A DNA stretch of 57,397 nucleotides from Candidatus Dadabacteria bacterium (GCA_022819805.1 JAJEGO010000016.1:1-57397), one strand, 5' to 3'; positions 29,931 through 40,230 are shown, counted from the stretch's first letter. Notes: a model not told the origin generated them from the letters alone. Numbers and translations are program-made.

Positions 29931-30366
29931 ATCCGGCGAGCACCTCCCTGCTCTGTATGAAGTTCTCGAATGCCCCGGAGCCGTTCTCCTTCTCCCAGAT
30001 TTCCTTTGACCAGATCTCTATTTTTTTCAGCATGCCAACCAGAACGACTTCTGTTTCAATGGCGGCGTATGAGCGCAACGACTGGGGAATCAGCACTCTT
30101 CCCTGGTTGTCTATGGGGCAGTCGACCGCGTTTCCCATAAGATAGCGTATTGAAGACGTGACCTTGCTGTCGGTTATGGAGATCTTCGAGAGCTTTTTTT
30201 CAAGCTCGTTCCATTCCCTCATGGGGTAGGCGATGAGGTAGCGGTCAAAGTTCGTGATTACGAAGGTCTCGTCGGAGTATTTCTTCCTGCATGCCTCCCT
30301 GAACTTTGAGGGAATGCTGACCCTCCCGGTCTTGGTCATAGTGTGTTCGTATCTTCCTCTGAACAT
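29920..30366 (-). CDS. mraZ: Transcriptional regulator MraZ
   Basis: MFRGRYEH...GRVSIP..FR and D.QGRVLIPQ.LR motifs. First gene of the dcw cluster. Confidence 0.96.
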   Translation of the reverse strand: MFRGRYEHTMTKTGRVSIPSKFREACRKKYSDETFVITNFDRYLIAYPMREWNELEKKLSKISITDSKVTSSIRYLMGNAVDCPIDNQGRVLIPQSLRSYAAIETEVVLVGMLKKIEIWSKEIWEKENGSGAFENFIQSREVLAGYGL

Positions 30367-30370
30367 TTTG

Positions 30371-30416
30371 TGCTACCTTCTGCCATTATATGCCAAAACA
30401 TATTCCTCTCATGCCA
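30371..30416 (-). promoter_or_regulatory. Putative MraZ operator: phased TGGCA/TAGCA pentamers
   Basis: Plus-strand TGCTA (30371), TGCCA (30381) and TGCCA (30391) at 10-bp periodicity, with another TGCCA at 30412, directly upstream of mraZ. Confidence 0.55.
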
Positions 30417-30424
30417 ATTCATAA

Positions 30425-30451
30425 ATTATAAAAAAACAAGCAAAAAGTCAA
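30425..30451 (-). promoter_or_regulatory. Putative sigma70 promoter of the dcw cluster
   Basis: Minus-strand TTGACT (30451-30446) and TATAAT (30430-30425). The spacer is only 15 nt. Confidence 0.5.
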
Positions 30452-30665
30452 GTAACATTTTGAAATAGTTAATCTTTTCAGCGCGTGAGCGGTAAGAATA
30501 TAAAACTAGATGTTACTTTAATAATGAAAGCTGCTTGGGCGGGATTTAAGAAAAAATACTATCTGTTGGGCCAGGGATTCTACTTGTTCGCTTATTTTGT
30601 ATATACTCTCACCTTAAGATCCGTGATTCCGCGGGTGAGGTTCAGTCTGATTCGCTCGAGAAAAA

Positions 30666-30905
30666 ATGTCTGTTTTTTTTATAAAACTTGCGGATAAAAG
30701 TTCAAATGTTCTCTTGCAGGCGATACTTGGCACCTACGGTCACCTGATGTGGGTGAGAACCGAGGTTCCCCAGGAGATGATAGTTAAGGTGATTACCACC
30801 CCTGAGCTTGCTTCGGAAACACGGGGGGTGCTTGAAGCGCTGAGAGGGGAAATAGAGTTTGAGTTTATCGACCCTCCGCGGGGCGATGATTCGCCTGAGG
30901 ACTAG
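30666..30905 (+). CDS. Small DUF4911-like protein
   Basis: Pattern L..IL..Y.HL..VRT.......V.V...P.......VL..L resembles DUF4911 from recall. Directly upstream of murJ. Confidence 0.6.
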   Translation: MSVFFIKLADKSSNVLLQAILGTYGHLMWVRTEVPQEMIVKVITTPELASETRGVLEALRGEIEFEFIDPPRGDDSPED

Positions 30906-30912
30906 AATTCTT

Positions 30913-32466
30913 ATGGAGGCAAGAGAAGATCATAAGCGCAAATGGGGGCTTGTAGGCTTCCTTACCCTTCTGAGCAGGATCGTCGGATACCTGAGAGACG
31001 TTGTGGTGGCGGCGCTTTTCGGAGCGGGTTTCCAGACCGATGCCTTCTATGTCGCGTTCCGCATCCCAAACCTGCTCCGCCGCCTTTTCGCCGAAGGATC
31101 CCTGGCGGCGATTTTCGTGCCCATATTTTCGGAGTATCTTGAATCGGGGGACAGGAGGGAGGCGAAGAACGCCCTGCGTTCTGTGTTTACCGCGCTTCTC
31201 ATCATTCTTGTTTTCGTGGTAGTTCTGGGGGTGGTTTTCTCTCCCTGGCTTGTGAAGCTTTTTGCCTACGGATTCGATCAGAAGACTTTCGATCTGGCGG
31301 TCTATCTTAACAGGCTTATCTTTCCCTACGTGTTTTTCATATCTCTTACCGCCCTGGCGATGGGGGTTCTTAACTCCGTAAGGCACTTTTTCGCTCCGGC
31401 TTTTTCTCCGGTTCTTTTCAACCTGTGCATAATAGCAAGCGCCCTGTTTCTTTACAGGGAACTTGAGGTGCCTATCGTTTCCCTCTGCTTCGGGATTCTC
31501 GGCGGAGGGGTGCTGCAGTTGCTGCTCCACCTGTTTTATCTCCGCGAGAAGAAGTTCATGTTCGGCTTTGCGAAAACCCTTAACCACCCCGCGGTCAGGA
31601 AACTCGCGCTGCTCATGTTCCCGCAGCTTTTCGGAATAGCCGTCTACAACCTCAATATACTCGTAAACACCCAGTACGCGTCCTTCATGTCCGAGGGAAC
31701 CGTTTCCTATCTCTATTTCGCGGAGAGGATAATAGAGTTCCCCTTGGGGGTGGTGGCCGTCTCCCTGGCGACCGTCATGCTCCCTGCACTCTCGGGTCAC
31801 GCGGCGAGGGAGGACTACGGGAGCTTCGGGGGAGAATATCAGCGCTCCCTCAGGCGCATGCTGTTTATAATGGTGCCCGCGATGGTCGGGATAGTGGCTT
31901 TGCGGGTTCCCCTCTGCAACTTCCTCTATCAGCATGGCCAGTTTGATTACGTGGCGGTCGTAAACACCTCCCAGGCCATCCTGGGTTACGGTCTCGGACT
32001 TTTCGCCGTGGGAGGAATTCGCATCACCGTGCCCGCCTTTTTCGCCCTTCAGGATACGAGGACGCCGGTCAAGGTGGCGTTTTTCTGCTTTCTGCTGAAC
32101 GCGGTCTGCGGGTTCGTTCTGGGGTTCGTGTTTTCGCTTGACCATTTCGGCCTGGCTCTTGCAAGTTCGATTTCCTCGGTGGTGAACTTCGTTCTGCTGG
32201 TCGTTCTGCTCAACGGACGCCTTGGACATTTTCTTTCCCGGGACATCCTTCTCTTTTCGCTCAAGATTCTCGCGATTGCGGTGGTCATGGGTTTTGCGGT
32301 AAGTGCCGTCGCCGGTCTTTCTCCCTGGAGCGAAACCGGTTTTTCTCTTGACAAGGCGCTGGTTATGGCTGCCTCGGTCGCCGTCGGGGTGATACTCTAT
32401 TTCCTGCTTGCCAGAGTTGTCGGCATAAAGGAAGTGGAGATGTTTTCTTTTCTGAAAAGAGGGTAA
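30913..32466 (+). CDS. murJ: Lipid II flippase MurJ (MviN); start reassigned to ATG 30913
   Basis: SRIVGYLRD, DAFYVAFRIPNLLRRLFAEG, YFAERIIEFPLGV and QDTRTPV motifs. The ORF-track start at 30859 overlaps the upstream gene. Confidence 0.96.
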   Translation: MEAREDHKRKWGLVGFLTLLSRIVGYLRDVVVAALFGAGFQTDAFYVAFRIPNLLRRLFAEGSLAAIFVPIFSEYLESGDRREAKNALRSVFTALLIILVFVVVLGVVFSPWLVKLFAYGFDQKTFDLAVYLNRLIFPYVFFISLTALAMGVLNSVRHFFAPAFSPVLFNLCIIASALFLYRELEVPIVSLCFGILGGGVLQLLLHLFYLREKKFMFGFAKTLNHPAVRKLALLMFPQLFGIAVYNLNILVNTQYASFMSEGTVSYLYFAERIIEFPLGVVAVSLATVMLPALSGHAAREDYGSFGGEYQRSLRRMLFIMVPAMVGIVALRVPLCNFLYQHGQFDYVAVVNTSQAILGYGLGLFAVGGIRITVPAFFALQDTRTPVKVAFFCFLLNAVCGFVLGFVFSLDHFGLALASSISSVVNFVLLVVLLNGRLGHFLSRDILLFSLKILAIAVVMGFAVSAVAGLSPWSETGFSLDKALVMAASVAVGVILYFLLARVVGIKEVEMFSFLKRG

Positions 32467-32625
32467 CTCCGGGCCACTGCGGCGTCTCGGTTGGTGTTGT
32501 CCGCTCCACCGCATTGCGGTATTCTTGGTAAAGCGGCGCCGATTCGGTTCCCGTATGTACTATTGCTCAGAGCGGATTGAGAAAAGGCGTGGCGACTACC
32601 GAGGTTTTTAAGAGCAACAGGACTT

Positions 32626-33237
32626 ATGGACGAGCTTAAGACTCTGAGTCAGCGTGAGCTTGAAGCACTCAGGGAGAAGTACGAGTATACCTTGAGGATG
32701 TTTCCCGATTCCGATTCGCTCCTTGCGCTGGCGGAAGTTCATCTCGCTCTTGGGGAAGTGACCAAGGCGAGACGCACGGTTTCCGATTTTACGGAGACAA
32801 AAGGTGATAGCAGCCGGGCGAGACTTGTTCTGGCCAGGGCGCATCTTATGTGCTGGAATGCCGCCGCAGCGGAGGAAGAGCTCAAAAAAGCGCTTTCTCT
32901 TGACCACTGCAACACTCAGGCATCAGATCTGTTGATACATATATATATAAGCGCGGGCAGAACAACTGAGGCCTTCAAGGTCGCCCTGTCCCCCGTTCCG
33001 GACCCATGGCGCCGGGAGAAGGATACAGGGGAACCTGAAGAGCCCTCCCCGGAGCCGGAGGAGAAAAGCAGACCACAGGCCGGAATTTTCGAGACTGACA
33101 CCATGCTTAATCTCTACGTTTCCCAGGAACTTTACGAAGACGCCCTGGGGATAGTTGAAGTTCTCTGCGAGATGGAACCCGACAATGCGGTTTACCGGAA
33201 CAAACGTGAGGAGATAAGGGCGCTTCTCGGCAAATAG
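32626..33237 (+). CDS. Tetratricopeptide-repeat protein
   Basis: TPR-like helical pairs (LALAEVHLALGE...A, LARAHL...A.EEL.KAL.LD) and a C-terminal T.TM.NLY.SQE repeat. Confidence 0.7.
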   Translation: MDELKTLSQRELEALREKYEYTLRMFPDSDSLLALAEVHLALGEVTKARRTVSDFTETKGDSSRARLVLARAHLMCWNAAAAEEELKKALSLDHCNTQASDLLIHIYISAGRTTEAFKVALSPVPDPWRREKDTGEPEEPSPEPEEKSRPQAGIFETDTMLNLYVSQELYEDALGIVEVLCEMEPDNAVYRNKREEIRALLGK

Positions 33238-33295
33238 CGTTCTTGTCTGGTTTTTTTCGGCCTTTTAATTATCATTACTTGCGGTACTTTGTCCC

Positions 33296-33751
33296 ATGGA
33301 AATAATCGTTATCAACGGTCCGAATCTCAACATGCTGGGCAAAAGGGAACCAGAGATTTACGGAAACCTTACCCTTTCTGATGTTGAGTCTTTTCTCTCT
33401 TCGAACACCGAAACTCTGGGTGAAGATGTGCGCCTCTCCTTCTTTCAGTCAAATTCCGAAGGGGAGATAGTCACCGCCATACAGGATGCCTACGGTAAGT
33501 TTGACGGAATAGTGATAAACCCCGGCGCCTATACTCACACCAGCGTTGCCATAAGGGACGCCATACTCTCAACCGGAATGCCTGTTGTGGAAGTTCACAT
33601 TTCCAATATATACAAAAGGGAGGACTTCAGGCAGAAATCGTTTGTCTCGGGAGTGTCGCTCGGTGTCGTGTCTGGGTTCGGGGCCCGAAGTTATTACCTG
33701 GGGCTTTTGGGACTCGTTGAACACCTGAGGAAAGAAAGCGCCTCTTCCTGA
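33296..33751 (+). CDS. aroQ: Type II 3-dehydroquinate dehydratase
   Basis: [33 protein letters not shown] and EVHISN motifs. Confidence 0.98.
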   Translation: MEIIVINGPNLNMLGKREPEIYGNLTLSDVESFLSSNTETLGEDVRLSFFQSNSEGEIVTAIQDAYGKFDGIVINPGAYTHTSVAIRDAILSTGMPVVEVHISNIYKREDFRQKSFVSGVSLGVVSGFGARSYYLGLLGLVEHLRKESASS

Positions 33752-33772
33752 ATCTCTCCCCGCGGAATTTTT

Positions 33773-35479
33773 ATGAAGGAAAAAAAATGGGTAGTAGCAA
33801 AACCCGCCAAAGGGCCGGTTGAGAAAATCTCGGCAAAGCTCGGTATTCTGCCGATAACCGCGGGGCTTCTGGTAAACAGGGGGATAAATTCAGCCCAGGA
33901 TGCCGAGGCTTTTCTATCCTCATCCCTCTCCGATCTGCCTTCTCCCTTTCTGATGAAAGGGATGGAAGAGGCCGTCGAGCGCCTTCGCAGATGCGTTTAC
34001 GAAAAAGAAAAAGTCGCTATATACGGAGACTACGATGTTGACGGCGTTACGGCGACATCTCTTCTGACGGGCTTTCTTAGGGCTCTCGGCTGCGAGGTCA
34101 TATACTACATTCCCGACAGGTTCAAGGAAGGCTACGGCGTAAACTCCCAGGCGCTTCGCAGACTCAAACAAGAGCGGGTGACACTCGTGGTCTCTGTTGA
34201 CTGCGGAATCACGGCCACGGACGAGGTGGCGGAAGCAAAGGCACTTGGGATGGACTTCATAGTCACGGATCACCACAGCTTCTGCGGCCAGCTGCCCGAG
34301 GCTGTCGCCGTTCTCAATCCCCGTCAGGCGGACTGCAGGTACCCGGGAAAGGAAGTCTCGGGCGTCGGAGTAGCGTTTAACCTCGCCCTTGCGCTAAGAA
34401 GAACACTCAGGGAGGAGGGATTTTTCGAGACCACGGCGGAACCCAACATGGGGGACTTTCTTGATCTGGTTTCGCTTGGAACGGTTTCTGACCGCGTGCC
34501 GGTTGAGAACGTGAACAGGATAATGCTGAAAGAAGGTCTTAAAAGAATGAGGAGTCCCAAGCGTCTGGGCCTGCGGGCTCTTAAGGAAGTAAGCGGCATA
34601 GGGGACGGCATCGAGATATTTGATCTCGGTTTCCGTCTTGGTCCCAGGATAAACGCCGCCGGCAGGGTTGATTCAGCGGACAAGGCGGTTGAGCTTCTGC
34701 TCTCCGACAGCCGGGAAGAAGCTTTTTCGCTCGCGAAATTGCTTGACGAGCGCAACTCAGAGCGCCGCAAGATCGAAGAGGGGATGCTGCGGGACGCGAC
34801 CCGCATGGTTGAGTCCGTGTCCGGACATGAAAAGAGCAATTCGCTTGTTCTCTCGTCTCGTGAATGGCACAGAGGGGTCGTAGGCATCGTGGCATCTTCT
34901 CTGGCCGGGTCTTACGGAAAACCCGCTTTTTTGATTTCAGTTGACGAAAACGGCGTGGGCAGGGGAAGCGGGAGATCCTTCGGGGGAATCAATATTTTCT
35001 CCGTGCTCTCAAAGTGCGAAGATCTTCTCGTGGAGTTCGGGGGGCACGCCTACGCGGCCGGGATAACCATCTTGGAGGAGAAAATCGGTTTTTTCAAGGA
35101 GAAATTCTCGGAGGAACTTCGAAAAAGCGGTCAGAAACCTGAGAGCAGGCTTGATATAGACTCCGAGATCGAACTGGCTTCAATAGACGATACTCTTGTC
35201 CACGAAATCGAAAGTCTCTCGCCTTTCGGGGAAGGAAATCCCGAGCCGCTTTTTCTCTCGAAGGCCGTTGGGGTGGTGGATCAGAACCTGCTTAAGAATC
35301 AGCATCTGCGGTTTAGGGTTAGGAAAAACGGTTCTGAGCTCAGTTGCATCTGGTTTTACGCTTCCCAAAAGCGTCTTCCCGGAGAAGTGAATCTGGTTTT
35401 CGCCCTGCGCTTCAACGTGCGGAACGGGCGGAGGGAACCACGTCTTTTCATAAAGGACGCTAGGGAGGCGCTTCTGTGA
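33773..35479 (+). CDS. recJ: ssDNA exonuclease RecJ
   Basis: YGDYDVDG, VDCG, TDHH, GPRINAAGR, GRGSGRS and FGGH..AAG motifs. Confidence 0.98.
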   Translation: MKEKKWVVAKPAKGPVEKISAKLGILPITAGLLVNRGINSAQDAEAFLSSSLSDLPSPFLMKGMEEAVERLRRCVYEKEKVAIYGDYDVDGVTATSLLTGFLRALGCEVIYYIPDRFKEGYGVNSQALRRLKQERVTLVVSVDCGITATDEVAEAKALGMDFIVTDHHSFCGQLPEAVAVLNPRQADCRYPGKEVSGVGVAFNLALALRRTLREEGFFETTAEPNMGDFLDLVSLGTVSDRVPVENVNRIMLKEGLKRMRSPKRLGLRALKEVSGIGDGIEIFDLGFRLGPRINAAGRVDSADKAVELLLSDSREEAFSLAKLLDERNSERRKIEEGMLRDATRMVESVSGHEKSNSLVLSSREWHRGVVGIVASSLAGSYGKPAFLISVDENGVGRGSGRSFGGINIFSVLSKCEDLLVEFGGHAYAAGITILEEKIGFFKEKFSEELRKSGQKPESRLDIDSEIELASIDDTLVHEIESLSPFGEGNPEPLFLSKAVGVVDQNLLKNQHLRFRVRKNGSELSCIWFYASQKRLPGEVNLVFALRFNVRNGRREPRLFIKDAREALL

Positions 35480-35571
35480 ACCCGCCGACCCGCAACTTTT
35501 TTATGGTCTATGTTTTCGGGTAACTGTTATTATAATGTTATGAGCACGTAGCAAGTAACGGAGGTATTGTT

Positions 35572-36459
35572 ATGAAAGTGAGGAGGCAGCTGCCCAAACT
35601 TAATATTTTTTATCCGATAATTTTTATCCTGCTGTTTTTTCTGGTGACAGGGGTTTTCGTAATAGTGGAAAGCGGGCATGTTGGAGTCGTGCGAACCCTT
35701 GGCGCTGTGCAGCCCAAGGCGCTTCCCGAGGGATTCCACATGAAAAAACCTTTCATGGATAAGGTTGAACAGATCGATATCCGTCTTACCGCGGCGAGTG
35801 CCAAGGCTGTTTCCGCTTCCAAGGACCTCCAGACGGTACAGACTCAGGTCACTCTCCAGTATTCCATTACGGGAGATCTGGCTCCCGTAATATTTCAGAA
35901 GATAGGGAAGAGAAACACCGTTTCGCTTACGCTTATAGAACCTGCTATACAGGAATCCGTAAAGGCCATTACCGCCAAGTACACGGCCGAGCAACTGGTT
36001 ACCAAGAGGGCCGAGGTGAAGGTCGAGATACAGGAGGCCATAAATAATTTCATATCAATTACTCTGGACGAGAAGGGGATTTCTCCCAATGCTCTCAGAA
36101 TAGCCAACATCGCCATAACGGACTTTGATTTCTCGGATGAGTTCAACAAGGCGATTGAACTCAAGGTAAAAGCTGAGCAGGAGGCGCTTCAGGCCAAAAA
36201 CGAAAAAATAAGGAGAGTGACTCAGGCTGAAGCCGCCGCGGAGGAGAAAAAGCTCGCCGCAAGCGCCCACGCTTTCGAGATAGAAGTGGCGTCCAAGGCA
36301 AGAGCCGATGCGATTGAGAGAGAAGCCAAGGCGCTTAAGAACAATCCGCAGATCATTCAATTGCGCCTGGCGGAGAAGTGGGACGGCACCCTTCCCAAAT
36401 TCTCGGGTGGCGGCGCGGTGCCTATGTTAAACGTGGATTCTCTTCTGAAGGAAGAGTAG
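35572..36459 (+). CDS. SPFH/Band 7/prohibitin family membrane protein
   Basis: N-terminal TM, GHVGVV, ASKDLQTV, F..AIE.KV.AEQ and WDG.LP motifs. Confidence 0.92.
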   Translation: MKVRRQLPKLNIFYPIIFILLFFLVTGVFVIVESGHVGVVRTLGAVQPKALPEGFHMKKPFMDKVEQIDIRLTAASAKAVSASKDLQTVQTQVTLQYSITGDLAPVIFQKIGKRNTVSLTLIEPAIQESVKAITAKYTAEQLVTKRAEVKVEIQEAINNFISITLDEKGISPNALRIANIAITDFDFSDEFNKAIELKVKAEQEALQAKNEKIRRVTQAEAAAEEKKLAASAHAFEIEVASKARADAIEREAKALKNNPQIIQLRLAEKWDGTLPKFSGGGAVPMLNVDSLLKEE

Positions 36460-36475
36460 CTCAGGGAGACGCCCT

Positions 36476-37231
36476 ATGTACCCGGTACTTCTTGACCTCG
36501 GCGGAGGTCTGGTCATTTACTCGTATTCGGTATTTCTCGCGCTTGGATATCTGGTCGCTTACTGGGTGGTGTCCGCGGAGGCAGATCGCAGGAAAATGGA
36601 CCCGACGCTTCCCTCCGCCCTTCTGCTTGGGTGTTTTATCGCCGGGGTCGTGGGGGCCAAGATCCTTTTTCTTTACCAGAACGCTACTTTGACCGAATTT
36701 CTCTCTAACCCGGGGCGCTACCTCACAGCGGGGTACGCGTCGGTAGGGGGCCTGGTCGGGATCTTCTGCGCCCTATGGATCGTCTCGAGGCTTAAAAAAA
36801 CGGATTTCCAGGTACTTCTCGATATAGTATGCCCCGCACTCATCCTTGGTTACGGAATCGGAAGGATAGGGTGTTTTCTTAACGGCTGCGATTACGGAAC
36901 CGCGTGCTCTCTGCCCTGGGCGGTTTCTTTTTCCGAGAGAGTTGTCAGTGTCCATCCCACGCAGATTTACGACACCTTGTTTATGGCCGTGCTTTTCGCC
37001 TTTCTCTGGAAAATAAGAACCCAGAACCGCCCCACGGGTTTTATCTCCGCGGTGGGATTCACAATTCTCGGTACTCAGAGGTTTTTGATTGAACTCATAA
37101 GGGAGACTACCCCGAGCTTCATAGAAGGTCTTTCCCAGGCGCAGCTTGCGTCCTTGCTGCTTGCGGTTGTCTTCGGAGTAAGGCTTTTTCAGCTTTCCGG
37201 AAGTGTCCTCGGAAAGCAGGCGCAGGTATAG
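36476..37231 (+). CDS. lgt: Prolipoprotein diacylglyceryl transferase family protein
   Basis: MYP.L, GAKI, IGRIGCFLNG...G, HPTQIY and RFLIE..R motifs. Confidence 0.88.
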   Translation: MYPVLLDLGGGLVIYSYSVFLALGYLVAYWVVSAEADRRKMDPTLPSALLLGCFIAGVVGAKILFLYQNATLTEFLSNPGRYLTAGYASVGGLVGIFCALWIVSRLKKTDFQVLLDIVCPALILGYGIGRIGCFLNGCDYGTACSLPWAVSFSERVVSVHPTQIYDTLFMAVLFAFLWKIRTQNRPTGFISAVGFTILGTQRFLIELIRETTPSFIEGLSQAQLASLLLAVVFGVRLFQLSGSVLGKQAQV

Positions 37232-37240
37232 TTCGCTGCT

Positions 37241-38572
37241 ATGCGGAGAATTCTGATAATAGGTCTTGGGCAGGTGGGAAACTTCCTCTCAAAGGAGCTT
37301 TGCAAGAACCAGGAAGTCGTGGTCGTCGAAAAAGACGCGGAGCTCATAGCCAAGGCCAAGGAAACCCAGGATGTCCTGGCTGTTGAGGGAAACGGAGACG
37401 ACCCCGCCGTCCTGAGGCGTGCGGAGATGGAAAAGGCCGACATAGTTCTTGCGGTTACCGGGGATGACAGAACGAATATTCTCGCCTCGTTTATCGCCCA
37501 TGCCTCGGGAGTCGAAAAGATCGTTGCCGCGGTAAAAAACGCTAAGTATGCCGAATACGAGGGAGTCATAGAAAACTCGAACATCTCGGTAATAAGCTCA
37601 AGCAGCATAATCTCGGAAAAGATAAGCGCGCTTATAAGCGCTCCTTTCGCGGGGAGGGTGGAGTTTTTCGCAAGCGGACAAATAGAGCTTCTCAAGCTCC
37701 GGGTGCATGAAGGGGTGCCCATAATAAACGAGAAGCTCAGGAATTTCGTCAGCAGCACAAGGAACTGGACTTTCGTCGGACTGCAGAGGGATCACAGGAT
37801 AACTATTCCGCGGGGAGATACGGAACTTCGCCCGGGAGATTTTGTATTCGCTCTTGGGGTTCCTTCGGCACTTGAGAAGCTTAAGAAGCTTTTTAACCTC
37901 AAAATCCAGAAGGTCCATTCCGTTATCATAGTCGGCGCGGGCAGGGTAGGGTGCGAAGTGGCTTCCGCGCTTCACGCTAACGGGCTTTCCGTAAGACTTA
38001 TCGAAAGCGATCATGAAAGGGCCAGGGCCGCGGCCGAGAAACTTGTCGGCGTGATGGTGTTTGAAGGTGACGGAACCGATCTCGAGATACTTAAGGAAGC
38101 CGGAGTTGAAAAAAGCGATTACCTGCTTGCGCTTACCGGCGACGATGAAAACAACGTTCTCAGCGCGCTTCTCGCGAAGAATCTCGGTATTGATCGATGC
38201 ACCGTGCTTTATTCGAACCCCGATTACGTGGGAGTGCTCGAAGCGATCGGTATCGACAGGGCAATAAGCGTAAACATGGCCGTGGCGAATGGTATTCTGA
38301 ACTCGCTTCATCTCGGCGGAGAGGCTAACATATCGCTTCTTTACGAGGGAGCGGGAGAGATTCTCGAGTTTGACGTAACCGAACATACCAAGATTCTGGG
38401 GGTACCCCTTTCTGAGTGCAAAATGCCGCACGATTCAGTCATAGGAGTCTGCATAAGGGACGGGAAACCGATATTTCCCAGCGGGGATTTCGCCGCGCAG
38501 GTCGGAGACCGTCTGGTGGTGTTTTCCCTGCCGGCTGCCGTGCAAAAGGTTGAAGAGATACTGGTTTCGTGA
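37241..38572 (+). CDS. trkA: Trk K+ transporter regulatory subunit
   Basis: Two RCK Rossmann motifs (IGLGQVG and VGAGRVG) with TrkA_C domains. Confidence 0.95.
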   Translation: MRRILIIGLGQVGNFLSKELCKNQEVVVVEKDAELIAKAKETQDVLAVEGNGDDPAVLRRAEMEKADIVLAVTGDDRTNILASFIAHASGVEKIVAAVKNAKYAEYEGVIENSNISVISSSSIISEKISALISAPFAGRVEFFASGQIELLKLRVHEGVPIINEKLRNFVSSTRNWTFVGLQRDHRITIPRGDTELRPGDFVFALGVPSALEKLKKLFNLKIQKVHSVIIVGAGRVGCEVASALHANGLSVRLIESDHERARAAAEKLVGVMVFEGDGTDLEILKEAGVEKSDYLLALTGDDENNVLSALLAKNLGIDRCTVLYSNPDYVGVLEAIGIDRAISVNMAVANGILNSLHLGGEANISLLYEGAGEILEFDVTEHTKILGVPLSECKMPHDSVIGVCIRDGKPIFPSGDFAAQVGDRLVVFSLPAAVQKVEEILVS

Positions 38573-40026
38573 ACGTTAAGTTCTGTTTTCAGATCACGGG
38601 AAAGTTCGTGATGTATCTCGGGCTGCTGATGCTCGTGCCGGCCGTCTGCACGCTGTTTTACCCGGAGGACGATCTCTTCGCCTTCCTGATCTCAGCGCTT
38701 ATAACATCGCTTGCGGGTCTTGCGCTTATGGTCGTTTGCCGCACTCCTGAAACTCCGACCGAGATACGAAGAAGAGAAGGTTTTCTGATCGCGGTGCTTT
38801 GCTGGGTGCTTGCAAGCGTTTTCGGCGCCATCCCTTATTATGTTTACGGGGTGTTCGCCAGCCCGGTCGACGCGCTTTTCGAATCGACCGCGGGTTTTAC
38901 CACCACTGGAGCCACCGCGCTTGCGTCCATTGAGTGGCTTCCCAAGGGAATTCTTTTCTGGAGGAACTTTACTCAGTGGCTCGGCGGCATGGGGATAATA
39001 GTTCTGGGGATCGCGATTTTCCCCAAGCTTTTTGTCGGCGGGGCGCAGCTGATGGGGCTTGAGACCACGGGACCGACGACGGAGAAGTTCGCTCCGAAAA
39101 TAGCCGAGACGGCCAAGAAGCTCTGGATTGTATACATTGGCCTTACGGGCGTGTTGACGGTACTTCTTCTTTTCGGCGGAATGAGTTTTTTCGACGCACT
39201 GACGCATTCTTTCAGCACCCTCTCAACAGGGGGGTTCTCCTGCAGGGACGCAAGCATAGGGGCTTATGACAGCGTCTACATACAGGGGCTGATCACATTT
39301 TTCATGTTCCTCGGCGGAACGAGCTTCGTGCTTCATTTTTACTTTTTTACCGGGAGACCCGGGAAGCTTCTCGGGAACTCCGAGTTCCGGTTCTATCTGT
39401 TTTTCGTCATTGCCGCGACGCTGTTTATTGCTTTGGAGCTCATCCAGACCGGTGTTTACGGAACCTTCTCCGAGTCCCTGCGCTACGCATCTTTCCAGGT
39501 GGTCTCGATTATCACCACGACCGGATTTACCACCACGGATTTTGACGCATGGCCAGCTTTTGTGAAATGGGTGATTTTCATGCTGATGTTTTTCGGCGCG
39601 TGCGCGGGGTCGACTTCCGGATCGGTGAAGGGGCTCAGAATCATGGTGCTTTTCAAAAAAGCTCACAGGGAGATACGTAGACTCGTTTATCCGAACGTGG
39701 TTTCTCCCATAACCATAGAGGGAAAGACAATAAACGAGAAGGCGGTCTCAAGCATAACGAGCTTCTTTATCCTTTACATTCTCCTTTTCGCTTTCATTGC
39801 TCTCGTGGTTCTCATGCTTGAGGACATATCCTTGGAATCCGCCGTTTCGGCCGCGGCCGCGTCCATAACCAACGTCGGACCCGCTTTTGACGAGGTCGGT
39901 CCGGCAAGCCACTATTCCCACCTCGGGTCGCTTACCAAGATCATACTTTCACTGGCCATGATCATAGGGAGGCTTGAACTCTACACGGTTCTGGTGCTTT
40001 TGATGCCGTCTTTCTGGAGGAGGTAG
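38569..40026 (+). CDS. trkH: Trk K+ transporter membrane subunit
   Basis: FES.AGFTTTG, QWLGGMG, STGGFS, TTTG, GSTSG, NVGP and GRLEL motifs. Confidence 0.96.
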   Translation: MNVKFCFQITGKFVMYLGLLMLVPAVCTLFYPEDDLFAFLISALITSLAGLALMVVCRTPETPTEIRRREGFLIAVLCWVLASVFGAIPYYVYGVFASPVDALFESTAGFTTTGATALASIEWLPKGILFWRNFTQWLGGMGIIVLGIAIFPKLFVGGAQLMGLETTGPTTEKFAPKIAETAKKLWIVYIGLTGVLTVLLLFGGMSFFDALTHSFSTLSTGGFSCRDASIGAYDSVYIQGLITFFMFLGGTSFVLHFYFFTGRPGKLLGNSEFRFYLFFVIAATLFIALELIQTGVYGTFSESLRYASFQVVSIITTTGFTTTDFDAWPAFVKWVIFMLMFFGACAGSTSGSVKGLRIMVLFKKAHREIRRLVYPNVVSPITIEGKTINEKAVSSITSFFILYILLFAFIALVVLMLEDISLESAVSAAAASITNVGPAFDEVGPASHYSHLGSLTKIILSLAMIIGRLELYTVLVLLMPSFWRR

Positions 40027-40230
40027 GGAGATCTTCCAGTCGGCTTGACAAGATGGTTTCTGAACTATGGATAGGGACGATATGAAAATAATGTCTTTAT
40101 TGAATATGAAACAACTTTCTTTCTCATTCAGCTTTTATTGAGGCCAAGCGTAGATAAGTTCCTTTTGAAAATTGGAAAAACTGAATGTAATCTAATAGAA
40201 ATTATATGGTAGTAATGCATTCTTTCCTCT

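Noticed and set aside
30865-32514. 549-aa minus-strand ORF
   Set aside because: Antisense shadow of murJ with no recognisable motifs. Expected from codon bias in a hydrophobic gene.
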